64,000 nucleotides of DNA, taken from IMG/VR virus record IMGVR_UViG_3300047491_001507. One strand, given 5' to 3'. The position numbers were made by a program, and so were the translations under genes. Origin of the DNA: a virus. Below, in pieces: positions 48,070-56,492 of this stretch. Below the pieces are notes generated by a model that did not search any database, was not told where the DNA came from, and worked only from the letters and a program-made list of their open reading frames with translations. Position 1 is the first letter of the stretch; each line of letters starts with the position of its first letter.

Positions 48070-48816
48070 TGTCAGGATCTCACAACCATGATCTGTCACT
48101 AAAACAGTGTGTTCATATTGTGCGGATAATCCGCCATCGACTGTGACTGCGGTCCATTTATCCTCAAGTATTTTAGCAGTTGCTGAATTGGTGCAGATCA
48201 TGGGTTCTATTGTGAAAATCATCCCAGGTTTCATTTTTCGATTATCAAAATTTCTTCCATCAAAAAAATGACTTACTTGTGGCTCCTCATGAAATTCTAG
48301 ACCTGTACCGTGCCCGCAAAATTGATAAACGACCGAGAAATTATTTTCCCTAGCATGTTTAGAAATAGCTTTGCTTATATTGCCAAATTCAGCATCAGGC
48401 TTTACTTCAGCAATTCCTATTTCTAAACATTTTTTCGTTACTTTTATCAGTTTTTTAGTTCTTTTAGGAATGTTTCCAATCTGAAACATTGTACAGGTAT
48501 CCCCATAATAACCATCCAAAATGGTTGTTACATCGATATTTAAGATATCTCCATATTTGAGAACTGTAGAATCAGGTATTCCGTGACAGATTACTTCATT
48601 TAAAGAAGTGCAAATGGATTTAGGAAAGCCATTATAATCAAGAGGTGCCGGAATGGCACCGTGATCTCTAATATACTGATCTAAAAGATCATTGAGATAT
48701 AAAGTGGTCACTCCTTCTTTGACATAGTTTTCAATAAATCGAAGTGACTCAGCGGCTAGTTGACAGCTTTTACGAATGCCTTCTATTTGCTCAGTTGTTT
48801 TGATTATAATGCTCAT
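48064..48816 (-). CDS. map: methionine aminopeptidase, type I
   Basis: VICHGIP, FCGHGTGLEFHEEPQV, GMIFTIEPMI metal-ligand motifs. Confidence 0.8.
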   Translation of the reverse strand: MSIIIKTTEQIEGIRKSCQLAAESLRFIENYVKEGVTTLYLNDLLDQYIRDHGAIPAPLDYNGFPKSICTSLNEVICHGIPDSTVLKYGDILNIDVTTILDGYYGDTCTMFQIGNIPKRTKKLIKVTKKCLEIGIAEVKPDAEFGNISKAISKHARENNFSVVYQFCGHGTGLEFHEEPQVSHFFDGRNFDNRKMKPGMIFTIEPMICTNSATAKILEDKWTAVTVDGGLSAQYEHTVLVTDHGCEILTL

Positions 48817-49105
48817 TTTTTGAGATTACGCCTAAATTAATTCCCATCTTTTTCATTGCTTCATCAAGGGTTACTGCACTAACGTCAATTGATTTTTCTC
48901 CCTTAGATGCAATTAGTCTCCATTGTTGTAGAGTCCTTTTTTCAGGATCAATATTGGATTTTCGAACAGGAATTTCCCGTAATTTCCAACCAATGCCATT
49001 AATCCTTGCCCGAATAGAGTTTATGTCCACATTTCTCCTTATTTGATTGTGAGGATGTTCTTTTTCAATTTTTTTCTTACGCCAAAAACAGAGCCATTTG
49101 ATCAT
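48791..49105 (-). CDS. hypothetical protein
   Basis: ORF track. Confidence 0.25.
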   Translation of the reverse strand: MIKWLCFWRKKKIEKEHPHNQIRRNVDINSIRARINGIGWKLREIPVRKSNIDPEKRTLQQWRLIASKGEKSIDVSAVTLDEAMKKMGINLGVISKNEHYNQNN

Positions 49106-49108
49106 TTT

Positions 49109-49324
49109 TCACATATGAATGTTAGCAGCTAGTTTAGAACGAATTTGCATTTCTTCAAAGGCTTGTCGTTCCATGTTTTTTTGTCCCACATATCTAGCAA
49201 TCAGCCACTTGCGATAGTCTTCAGGTAAACTTTGAACTTCGCTAGGTGCCCAATGAAAATGATACATTAGAAAAAACTGTTCCTCATCTGCTTCTGTTGC
49301 TTGATATTTTAGTTCTTCTTCCAT
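49109..49324 (-). CDS. small acidic hypothetical protein
   Basis: ORF track. Confidence 0.25.
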   Translation of the reverse strand: MEEELKYQATEADEEQFFLMYHFHWAPSEVQSLPEDYRKWLIARYVGQKNMERQAFEEMQIRSKLAANIHM

Positions 49325-49346
49325 TTTATACCCTCTCTTAATATAG

Positions 49347-50786
49347 TCACTCTATAGTTAAATATTGATCTAGATCTTTTGAGTTAACCATCAGTTTTTT
49401 AATATCAAAAATTGCTCTTACAGAATTATAGTAAGGAGCTTTGTCCATTCCTATGCCCCAAAATGGCAAACTCACTTCTTCCCCTAACAAACAAAAACAA
49501 GGCTTATCCATTGCTCCAGCAATATGCATGTGCAATGTATCCACTGTTATAATACAATCTGACTCTTTAATATAAGAACATAATTCTAAAATATCCTTAC
49601 AAGGCAAGAATTTAACCGGTAAATCGTATTGTTCGATATCTATTTGAATTTCTTCAATTAAATCTGTTCTTTGAGGAATATAAAAATCGCAATTTTCATA
49701 ACTTTTCAATAATGTAGCCAAATCCTGCATGTTGATTTTTTTCATGGAGGATAAATGCTTTGCTGATATCCAATTTATTATAACCCGTTGTTTCTCAGAA
49801 CTTGGCAGTTCTACACTAGGAATTATATCTAAATATTTTTCATACTTAAAAGGAAGATGTTCCATCAATTGATATATGTTCATGATATAATCAACATTTA
49901 CCAATTCTCTACTATCAAATCCTGGCAGCAATACCTCATCAATATACAATAATTGATTTACTACACAATGCAGATCATGATATGCCGCAAATTTAATTCT
50001 ACAACTAGGATACAGTGTCTTTAATTGATTGACTAATCCTAACAGCCATATATTATCGCCCAAACCCTGTTCTGAATATAATAAGACGGTTTTACCATCT
50101 AAACTACTTCCATCCCACTTATTGGGAGGTGTCCAAGGCACAAATACATGTCCTACTTGTTCAAAAATCTTGTATTCATAAATAAAAACCGGACTTTCTA
50201 TGATCTTATTTGAATTTCCAAATATTGTCAGTAAATCTGGAGAATTGGGGAATCTTCTTACTAATGACAGACAAAATGGATGCAAACCAAAGTACAACAC
50301 CGCTTCTTTGTTTTTTCCCAATGCTTTTGTGTATTCTTCAAATTTATTGCTATATCCTATTAGCTCTATTCTTAAGGACGCTGTCGTTTCGTTTTTAGGA
50401 TCTAATGCTTCAGATAACATCAAATGCTTTTCTGCTTCTATCAGTTTTCCCATACGAGTGTATATTTTGCAAAAAGTCTGATGCAAGAAAGCATCTGTAT
50501 TATCAATTGCTTGACATTGACGAGCATAATCCAATGCTTTGTCATATTCTTTAATATCCATGTATGCATTGGCTAGGTTTACTAAAGCTGTCTTTTTTGT
50601 CAAATATGAATCCAATGCTCTTTTAAGCGTTTCAATGCCTTCTGTGTGGTTTCCTTTTAAGCACATTTCAGAACCAACCTTCAAGAAGGCATATGGATTG
50701 AAAGGCACTACAGAATGCAATACTGGCTCATTTTTCTCGTTCATTGTCAATTCTAATCCCAATTCGTCCAAAGTTTTATTCGACAT
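49347..50786 (-). CDS. TPR-repeat protein fused to a GT-B glycosyltransferase (GT9/heptosyltransferase-like)
   Basis: N-terminal TPR-like helices (ALVNLANAYMDIKEYDKALDYARQCQAID...); C-terminal EQGLGDNIWLLGLVNQL and CIITVDTLHMHIAGAMDKPCFCLLG resemble the GT9 G.GD / DSG.mHlA motifs. Confidence 0.5.
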   Translation of the reverse strand: MSNKTLDELGLELTMNEKNEPVLHSVVPFNPYAFLKVGSEMCLKGNHTEGIETLKRALDSYLTKKTALVNLANAYMDIKEYDKALDYARQCQAIDNTDAFLHQTFCKIYTRMGKLIEAEKHLMLSEALDPKNETTASLRIELIGYSNKFEEYTKALGKNKEAVLYFGLHPFCLSLVRRFPNSPDLLTIFGNSNKIIESPVFIYEYKIFEQVGHVFVPWTPPNKWDGSSLDGKTVLLYSEQGLGDNIWLLGLVNQLKTLYPSCRIKFAAYHDLHCVVNQLLYIDEVLLPGFDSRELVNVDYIMNIYQLMEHLPFKYEKYLDIIPSVELPSSEKQRVIINWISAKHLSSMKKINMQDLATLLKSYENCDFYIPQRTDLIEEIQIDIEQYDLPVKFLPCKDILELCSYIKESDCIITVDTLHMHIAGAMDKPCFCLLGEEVSLPFWGIGMDKAPYYNSVRAIFDIKKLMVNSKDLDQYLTIE

Positions 50787-50827
50787 TTAAATGCTCCTTT
50801 ACTATTTTACCTTAAAGGAGTAAGTAA

Positions 50828-52201
50828 ATGTCGAGAATTTTTGTAGATACTTCTGAGAATGGTGCTAGTTTTGGTTTAGGAGATTCTATTTGTTTTATTC
50901 CTGCTTTGCGTGCCTTAAGGGAAAAGCACCCCCACGATGAAATTGTACTAGTCACCTATTTTGCTCATATTAATGTTTTTGCGTATTGTGATTTTGTAGA
51001 TTATGTTTTGCCATTAGATTTTCTTAATCCAGGCGATTGGACCTATGGCTACAATGTGTCTGTAGATGAACGATTTAATATCGTCAATCCCAAGCACACT
51101 TTCCTCCAACATCACAAAGAACATATGGCAAAAGCCAATATTCGACATATGCTCCTTGAATCTCCCGAAGGTCATTCTTTGGATTATGAACTTTCCATTC
51201 GTGATCATGACAAAGAGCCTATTCAGAAATTTAAAGATGATATTCTGAAACAGGCCAAAGACAAGCCAATTGTGGCTATTTGTCCTTCCATTACCATGTA
51301 TAGCCGTATGTGGCCCAAACAACGATGGGAAGAATTGACCAAATTACTTCAAAAAAATAAATATTTTGTGGTTTCTATTGGTCATGCTGAAGATTTTGAG
51401 ATTGATGTGGATTATGATGCTCGTGGTAAATATCCTGTCCATTACATTCCTAAAATACTTGATATTTTTAAGTCTGTTATTCTTATTGATTCCGGTATGT
51501 TGCATGTTGCTTCTATAAATCAAAAAGTTCATATCACAATGATCTCTACCGGCAGATTTCCTCCAGAAGTTATCGTTCCCTACCGAAATGGCAAATGGGC
51601 TGATAATGTCACTATCATTCAACACAACTGCCCTCAAAAAGAAGCTTGTTTTAAAGAATACGCCAGTGAATTGAGCACTAATGACCATATTGAACGTAAT
51701 TTAAGAAAATACCAGCAAGAAAACAACAAACCGTTTCCACCTGAAGAATCCCAGTTGCTTTTGAAGTATGTTTGCTGGAACCACTGTCTTCGTGAAGAAA
51801 ATAAATTCATTTGTAACACTATTAATGCTCAAGATGTTTACAATGCTTTCAAGGATAAAGAATCGCAATTAGTAGCTTTGGAGAGCAAAGGATTTCCGGT
51901 TTATCACCAAGTACAGCCAACCTTTACTGAAGATTATAAGGTTTGGAAAGAAACCATATTTTTTAAAGGGGCAGAACATCGAACTTTTATTGATGCTCAT
52001 GAAATCAATAGCGTAGAGCTAATTACTGCCAAGGTCAAAATCATCAAAGACCTTTACCCCAAAAATCTACTTATAGTCATTGCTAGGAAGGATTTTGTGC
52101 CAATGCTGAAAGAATGTGCAGACATTTACCACACAATTCCCGTCGAATTCATTAAAAATAATTTTCGAATAGGCACCAAAGACAATTTCTTGAGATTGTA
52201 A
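50828..52201 (+). CDS. GT-B glycosyltransferase, GT9/heptosyltransferase-like
   Basis: FGLGDSICFIPALRALREKHP (G.GD...P.l.al) and ILIDSGMLHVASINQKVHI (DSG.mHlA). Confidence 0.45.
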   Translation: MSRIFVDTSENGASFGLGDSICFIPALRALREKHPHDEIVLVTYFAHINVFAYCDFVDYVLPLDFLNPGDWTYGYNVSVDERFNIVNPKHTFLQHHKEHMAKANIRHMLLESPEGHSLDYELSIRDHDKEPIQKFKDDILKQAKDKPIVAICPSITMYSRMWPKQRWEELTKLLQKNKYFVVSIGHAEDFEIDVDYDARGKYPVHYIPKILDIFKSVILIDSGMLHVASINQKVHITMISTGRFPPEVIVPYRNGKWADNVTIIQHNCPQKEACFKEYASELSTNDHIERNLRKYQQENNKPFPPEESQLLLKYVCWNHCLREENKFICNTINAQDVYNAFKDKESQLVALESKGFPVYHQVQPTFTEDYKVWKETIFFKGAEHRTFIDAHEINSVELITAKVKIIKDLYPKNLLIVIARKDFVPMLKECADIYHTIPVEFIKNNFRIGTKDNFLRL

Positions 52202-52328
52202 AAATTTTTCAAAAAAAGTTATAAAAAAAACAGACTTGCTACGATAATATATTTAGACAGGGCAAGTACCAGTAAGGGCTTGCAACAAGATAACCAATGG
52301 TGGTATCTTAATTTTTTGGAGGTAAAAT

Positions 52329-52796
52329 ATGAGAAATCTAATCAGTAGAGACATTGCTCCCAATCGTGACAATCTTTTGTTCCCACTTGAAACCGCTTTT
52401 GATGAATTCTTTCGTGAATTCTTTTCTTCAAATCCTATTTCTCGTGTTAAACAGGGCGGTTATCCAAAAATGAACGCTTCTGAATCAGAAAATGAATTAG
52501 TGTTAACATTGGCAGTTCCTGGGATGAAATCGGAAGATTTAGAATTGGTAATTGATCAAAACAACATATTGACTGTTCGTGGAAAAATGTCGGTAGATTA
52601 CCAATCGCCTGAAGGTAGTAAATATTACATCAGAGAATTGAGACAATCCGCTTTTGAGCGAAGTATACAGCTACCAGAATACGTGAGAGGCGATCCAAAA
52701 ACCTCTATGAAAGATGGTATTTTGACATTGACTTGGGAAACTGAACCTAAAGTTCCTAAAAACAATGTCAGAAAAATCAACATCGAACCTAGTTGA
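52329..52796 (+). CDS. small heat-shock protein (Hsp20/alpha-crystallin family)
   Basis: ACD-like LVLTLAVPGMKSEDLELVIDQNNILTVRGK ... GILTLTWETEP. Confidence 0.7.
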   Translation: MRNLISRDIAPNRDNLLFPLETAFDEFFREFFSSNPISRVKQGGYPKMNASESENELVLTLAVPGMKSEDLELVIDQNNILTVRGKMSVDYQSPEGSKYYIRELRQSAFERSIQLPEYVRGDPKTSMKDGILTLTWETEPKVPKNNVRKINIEPS

Positions 52797-52819
52797 CACG
52801 CTCTTTGTTGAAAGAGTCA

Positions 52820-52859
52820 GGAGCGAACGCTTTTTAGAAGCGTTCGCTCCAATATTTTT
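52820..52859 (+). terminator. rho-independent terminator after the Hsp20 gene
   Basis: ggagcgaacgc-tttttagaa-gcgttcgctcc followed by aatattttt. Confidence 0.55.
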
Positions 52860-52912
52860 AGCCAAAATTTTTTATTAACGCATAACTAATTTATTTGATA
52901 TTTGAGGAATCA

Positions 52913-54040
52913 ATGGAAGAAGATTGTAAAGAGCCTCCTGGTAGAGTGGCCGCTACTCTATATGAGCAATTGCCGAGTAGCGGTCGTAAGATTTTTGACT
53001 CAGCAACGAATGAAAATTGGAATGATTGGAAATGGCAATTTGCTAATCGATTAACTTCAGCCGATCTTGGAAATGTAGAATTTAAATTCCCTGTAGCAAT
53101 TACCCCTTATTATTTCTCTCTAATTAAAGATTATTCTCTCAACGATCCGATCTTTTCAATGTGCATGCCAAATCCCAGAGAATTATCGGAAATTATGCAT
53201 GCAGATCCATTAGGAGAAGATCAAATGATGCCAGTAAAAAATCTGGTTCATCGTTATAAAGATCGAGCTTTAATTATTACAACGACATTATGTTCTATGT
53301 ATTGTCGTTATTGCACCAGAAAACGTACCGTAGGATCAAAAGATCACATTCTTACTCAAGAAAATTTAGAAGAAATTACAAATTATCTTAAATCTCATCC
53401 AGAAATCACCGATGTCATCATTTCTGGAGGCGATCCAATGGTGTTTTCCACTAAAAAACTAGAACACATCATCAAAAAAATCAGATCTGTTTCTTCGGTT
53501 CAGGTCATTAGAATTGGCACTAAAGTGCCTGTTGTAATGCCAATGCGAATTAACAAACATTTGGCAAGTATGTTGTCAAAATACCATCCGATTTATGTCA
53601 ATACCCATTTTAATCATCCTAATGAAATTACTCCAGAATCCATGCAAGCTTGTAATATTCTAGCAAATCATGGAATTCCTGTGTCAAACCAGTCGGTTTT
53701 GCTTAAAGGGGTAAATGATGACAAGTATGTATTTGAAGAACTTTGCCGAAAACTCTTTAGAAACAGAGTCAGGCCATATTATTTATTCCAATGTGATCTT
53801 GTTAATGGAGTAGAGCATTTTCGCACTAGGGTTGCTCAAGGTATAGAAATTATGGAACACCTACGAGGTCGTTTGTCTGGAATGGCTATTCCTCAATTTA
53901 TTGTTGATAGTCCCAATGGACTAGGAAAAATTCCAGTATCGCCCAATTATGTGTTGTATCAAACTCCAGAAAAGTTTGTGCTAAGAAATTATCAAGGTAA
54001 ATTGGTGGAATATCCAGAAGTTAAGCAGTTAAGTCCATAA
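52913..54040 (+). CDS. KamA-family radical SAM enzyme (lysine 2,3-aminomutase / EpmB-like)
   Basis: CSMYCRYCTRKR (C-x3-C-x2-C), ISGGDP, and overall KamA-family layout; track ORF starts at TTG 52895, first ATG with SD gaggaa is 52913. Confidence 0.75.
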   Translation: MEEDCKEPPGRVAATLYEQLPSSGRKIFDSATNENWNDWKWQFANRLTSADLGNVEFKFPVAITPYYFSLIKDYSLNDPIFSMCMPNPRELSEIMHADPLGEDQMMPVKNLVHRYKDRALIITTTLCSMYCRYCTRKRTVGSKDHILTQENLEEITNYLKSHPEITDVIISGGDPMVFSTKKLEHIIKKIRSVSSVQVIRIGTKVPVVMPMRINKHLASMLSKYHPIYVNTHFNHPNEITPESMQACNILANHGIPVSNQSVLLKGVNDDKYVFEELCRKLFRNRVRPYYLFQCDLVNGVEHFRTRVAQGIEIMEHLRGRLSGMAIPQFIVDSPNGLGKIPVSPNYVLYQTPEKFVLRNYQGKLVEYPEVKQLSP

Positions 54041-54464
54041 GGACATAATCACTTGCTAATTTACTTCTTGATTTCAAGATTTTTGTTGCAAAAAAACCAG
54101 TTCCTTGGAAGAAAAGCAATGCAGGCAAATTTGTCTCTGGAACTCTTAATTTGATTTTTCGCCTTTTTTCGTTCAATTTTTTCTCTAATTTTTGAATCAT
54201 TGTTCGCCCTACACCTTGACGATGATAGGCGGGATGTACTGCTATGGTTAAAATTGTATAGTGGGTCTTTTCTAGGACATACATGATGTAGCCAATGATT
54301 TTTTCCTCCAACTCAACGACTAAGCCGATATTGTTTCTTTGATGCAAACAATATGTAAAATCATCTTCCTCCCATGGATATTCAAAATTCAATTCGTCTA
54401 TTTTCTGCATTTGTGGTAGATCATTGCGAATAGCCCAACGAATGTGCAAGTTTTGTAGATCCAT
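54021..54464 (-). CDS. GNAT-family N-acetyltransferase (RimI-like)
   Basis: Motif A IAVHPAYHRQGVGRTMIQKL; 20-nt convergent overlap with the KamA-like gene. Confidence 0.65.
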   Translation of the reverse strand: MDLQNLHIRWAIRNDLPQMQKIDELNFEYPWEEDDFTYCLHQRNNIGLVVELEEKIIGYIMYVLEKTHYTILTIAVHPAYHRQGVGRTMIQKLEKKLNEKRRKIKLRVPETNLPALLFFQGTGFFATKILKSRSKLASDYVLMDLTA

Positions 54465-54520
54465 TTTAGGTTCTCCTCAAGCGAATGATATCATTTTGAT
54501 CAAAAATTTCCAAGTAGATC

Positions 54521-54757
54521 TTGTCAAAAAAAGCTCGTACTATTATAAATTTGTATATGGCATCTAATCTAAAACTGAAGCTAGAGTGCAGAAAGCTTCC
54601 AAAAGGTAAAAAAGCGTGGTTTATTGTAGGCATTCCTCCAGGATGGCATAATAAAGGCGACTTACCAGAATACGGTCCTTACAAGGACAAAGAGGAAGCT
54701 CAGTCTGATATTCAAGGCTTGAAAAATTTTGCGGAGAAAAATCCAGATTATCTATGA
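54521..54757 (+). CDS. small hypothetical protein
   Basis: ORF track. Confidence 0.25.
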   Translation: MSKKARTIINLYMASNLKLKLECRKLPKGKKAWFIVGIPPGWHNKGDLPEYGPYKDKEEAQSDIQGLKNFAEKNPDYL

Positions 54758-55023
54758 CCCCAAATAAAGAATGTTACTTTGATTTCGGACAACTTGAGAT
54801 TGTTAATGCAAAGAAAGTGAAAGTTTTTGTCAAAAATGGACCTCGTGAATTAGAAGTGGGAGATATCATTGGCGGTAGACGGATTATCGCCATTAATATC
54901 AAAGGAATTAATTCAGACAACTTAGGAATTGGCATGAATGGCAAGATTACTCTCGATGGCATGCCAATGCTTACTATTGGCGTGCCATATGACAATATCA
55001 TTTCAAAACAATTTTTGTTTTGA
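54754..55023 (+). CDS. small hypothetical protein
   Basis: ORF track; ATGA overlap. Confidence 0.25.
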   Translation: MTPNKECYFDFGQLEIVNAKKVKVFVKNGPRELEVGDIIGGRRIIAINIKGINSDNLGIGMNGKITLDGMPMLTIGVPYDNIISKQFLF

Positions 55024-55534
55024 TGCGATATTGATTGCTGAAGACGATTTCATCTACTGTCACAGTAGTTCCTGAAAATTCTGTATTGCCTGCATACTTT
55101 TTGCCTGTTCCTTTTTTGACATAGGCAATTGTGCAGTGGGGCTCGTACTTTGGATGCGTCGAGCTAAAACTGCAATTTTTTCTTAATTTTTCATTTAGAC
55201 GATGTAAATCTTTACTTTCCACAGTGAATTTTACTACATCGTATTCTTCATTTTCAAAGACCGATGTTTCTTTGATTTCAAATGTAATAGGCTTTTCGCC
55301 TTTAACGACCTTTTTAACACGGTCTGGCGTTTTGTCGTGTAAACCATACAAAATAGTTACATGACAATCATCTTCTCTGCCATAATCTTCTATATCATAC
55401 ACATCAGAATCTGGAATTAATTTCTTTCCAAATTTCATTACTTTCTCAGCAAGGGCATGCGGCAAATTTACATGGGTTGACGAATATTCATGTTCTGTCT
55501 TCTCTAATAAAAACTGTTTCCAATTTCTCATCAT
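54998..55534 (-). CDS. 2H phosphoesterase (LigT-like) with targeting-like N-terminus (MMRNWKQFLLE)
   Basis: Two H-Φ-[ST]-Φ motifs, CHVTILYG and PHCTIAYV, about 75 aa apart in a 178-aa protein; CTAAATAAA 35 nt upstream and SD aaagg. Confidence 0.5.
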   Translation of the reverse strand: MMRNWKQFLLEKTEHEYSSTHVNLPHALAEKVMKFGKKLIPDSDVYDIEDYGREDDCHVTILYGLHDKTPDRVKKVVKGEKPITFEIKETSVFENEEYDVVKFTVESKDLHRLNEKLRKNCSFSSTHPKYEPHCTIAYVKKGTGKKYAGNTEFSGTTVTVDEIVFSNQYRIKTKIVLK

Positions 55535-55569
55535 TAACCTTTCGCTTTTATAATATAGTCACGCTATTT

Positions 55570-55576
55570 TATTTAG
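55570..55576 (-). promoter_or_regulatory. CTAAATA motif (minus strand) 35 nt upstream of the 2H phosphoesterase start
   Basis: tcctaaataaaatagcgtgactatattataaaagcgaaaggttaATGATG on the minus strand. Confidence 0.3.
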
Positions 55577-55596
55577 GATTATTCAAAGGATTAAAA

Positions 55597-56175
55597 ATGG
55601 ACTCTTTAACAAAAATTATAAAAGAAACAGAAGCCTTAGATATTAATATTGAGCCTTTTACAGCAGATTTTCCTTCTACTATTCGGGATTCTGTTCTTCA
55701 AACCAATTTTTATTGGGGGTTAGCAGCTTATATTTCTCTGTTTAAAGTGAAAAAAGTCTTAGAATTAGGCACTTGCACAGGAGCAAGTGCTGCTATTATG
55801 GCAAGGGCCGGTGCAGAAGTTGATACCTATGATTTATTGGATAAATGGGAACTTCCCAAAATAGACAATTTGTATCGCCATATTGTTCCTCAAGATTATT
55901 TGGAATTTTTGAAATTTGAAGGTTATGACATGATCTTTGTAGATGTAGGACACGATGGTAAAGCAGAACAAGAAATTCACGAAAAACTAACAAAAGAATA
56001 TAAAGGCATTGTGTTCTATGACGATATCATCATAAACCAAGATATGATCTATTTCTGGAATGGAATTAAACAAGACAAATTGCCTTTATTTTGGCATGTG
56101 GCAAAATATCCCTCAGCCAATCCTGGAGGAGGACTTATCACCAAGAATGTTGGGTTTGGTATTGTCAGATATTAG
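55597..56175 (+). CDS. class I SAM-dependent methyltransferase (O-methyltransferase-like)
   Basis: Motif I VLELGTCTGASA, acidic DTYDL, MIFVDVGHD; start moved to internal ATG (MDSLTKII) because the track ORF (55477) overlaps the convergent gene. Confidence 0.45.
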   Translation: MDSLTKIIKETEALDINIEPFTADFPSTIRDSVLQTNFYWGLAAYISLFKVKKVLELGTCTGASAAIMARAGAEVDTYDLLDKWELPKIDNLYRHIVPQDYLEFLKFEGYDMIFVDVGHDGKAEQEIHEKLTKEYKGIVFYDDIIINQDMIYFWNGIKQDKLPLFWHVAKYPSANPGGGLITKNVGFGIVRY

Positions 56176-56418
56176 TTTCTTTTGACCCCTGCGTTTATTT
56201 ACATTTTCTTTATGATCGTGAGGAGCCATGATTCCATTTTTACCTGGAGGTCCTTTATCTCCATAATGAATCCAAAGATATGTAACAACATCAGCAGAAC
56301 CAGGAGTTGTGTATAGAGGAGGATATTGCCCTACGACATCATAAATTGGCGGATATAAGCCGATTTTTGATCCTGTGCGTTGATCTTTTTCTAAAAGCAA
56401 CCATTCTTTGAATTTCAT
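56113..56418 (-). CDS. small protein with targeting-like N-terminus (MKFKEWLLLE) and a short collagen-like GDKGPPGKNG segment
   Basis: N-terminal motif; CTAAATA 5 nt upstream. Confidence 0.35.
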   Translation of the reverse strand: MKFKEWLLLEKDQRTGSKIGLYPPIYDVVGQYPPLYTTPGSADVVTYLWIHYGDKGPPGKNGIMAPHDHKENVNKRRGQKKLISDNTKPNILGDKSSSRIG

Positions 56419-56423
56419 ATAAA

Positions 56424-56430
56424 TATTTAG
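56424..56430 (-). promoter_or_regulatory. CTAAATA motif (minus strand) upstream of the 56418 start; the same bases on the plus strand give TATAAATA (56418-56425) about 70 nt upstream of the 56493 gene
   Basis: catataaatatttag read directly: bidirectional T4-late-promoter-like element. Confidence 0.3.
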
Positions 56431-56492
56431 TTGTTTAAACTAAATTATATTGAGTAAATAGTTTAAGATTTACTTTTAAATAAGGATGGTAT

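Noticed and set aside
18951-52201. Giant-virus (NCLDV) origin suggested by TPR-glycosyltransferases, MetAP and the amidotransferase
   Set aside because: The presence of a contractile tail sheath/tube and bacterial-type RBSs (GGAGG/AAGGAG) argues for a bacteriophage.
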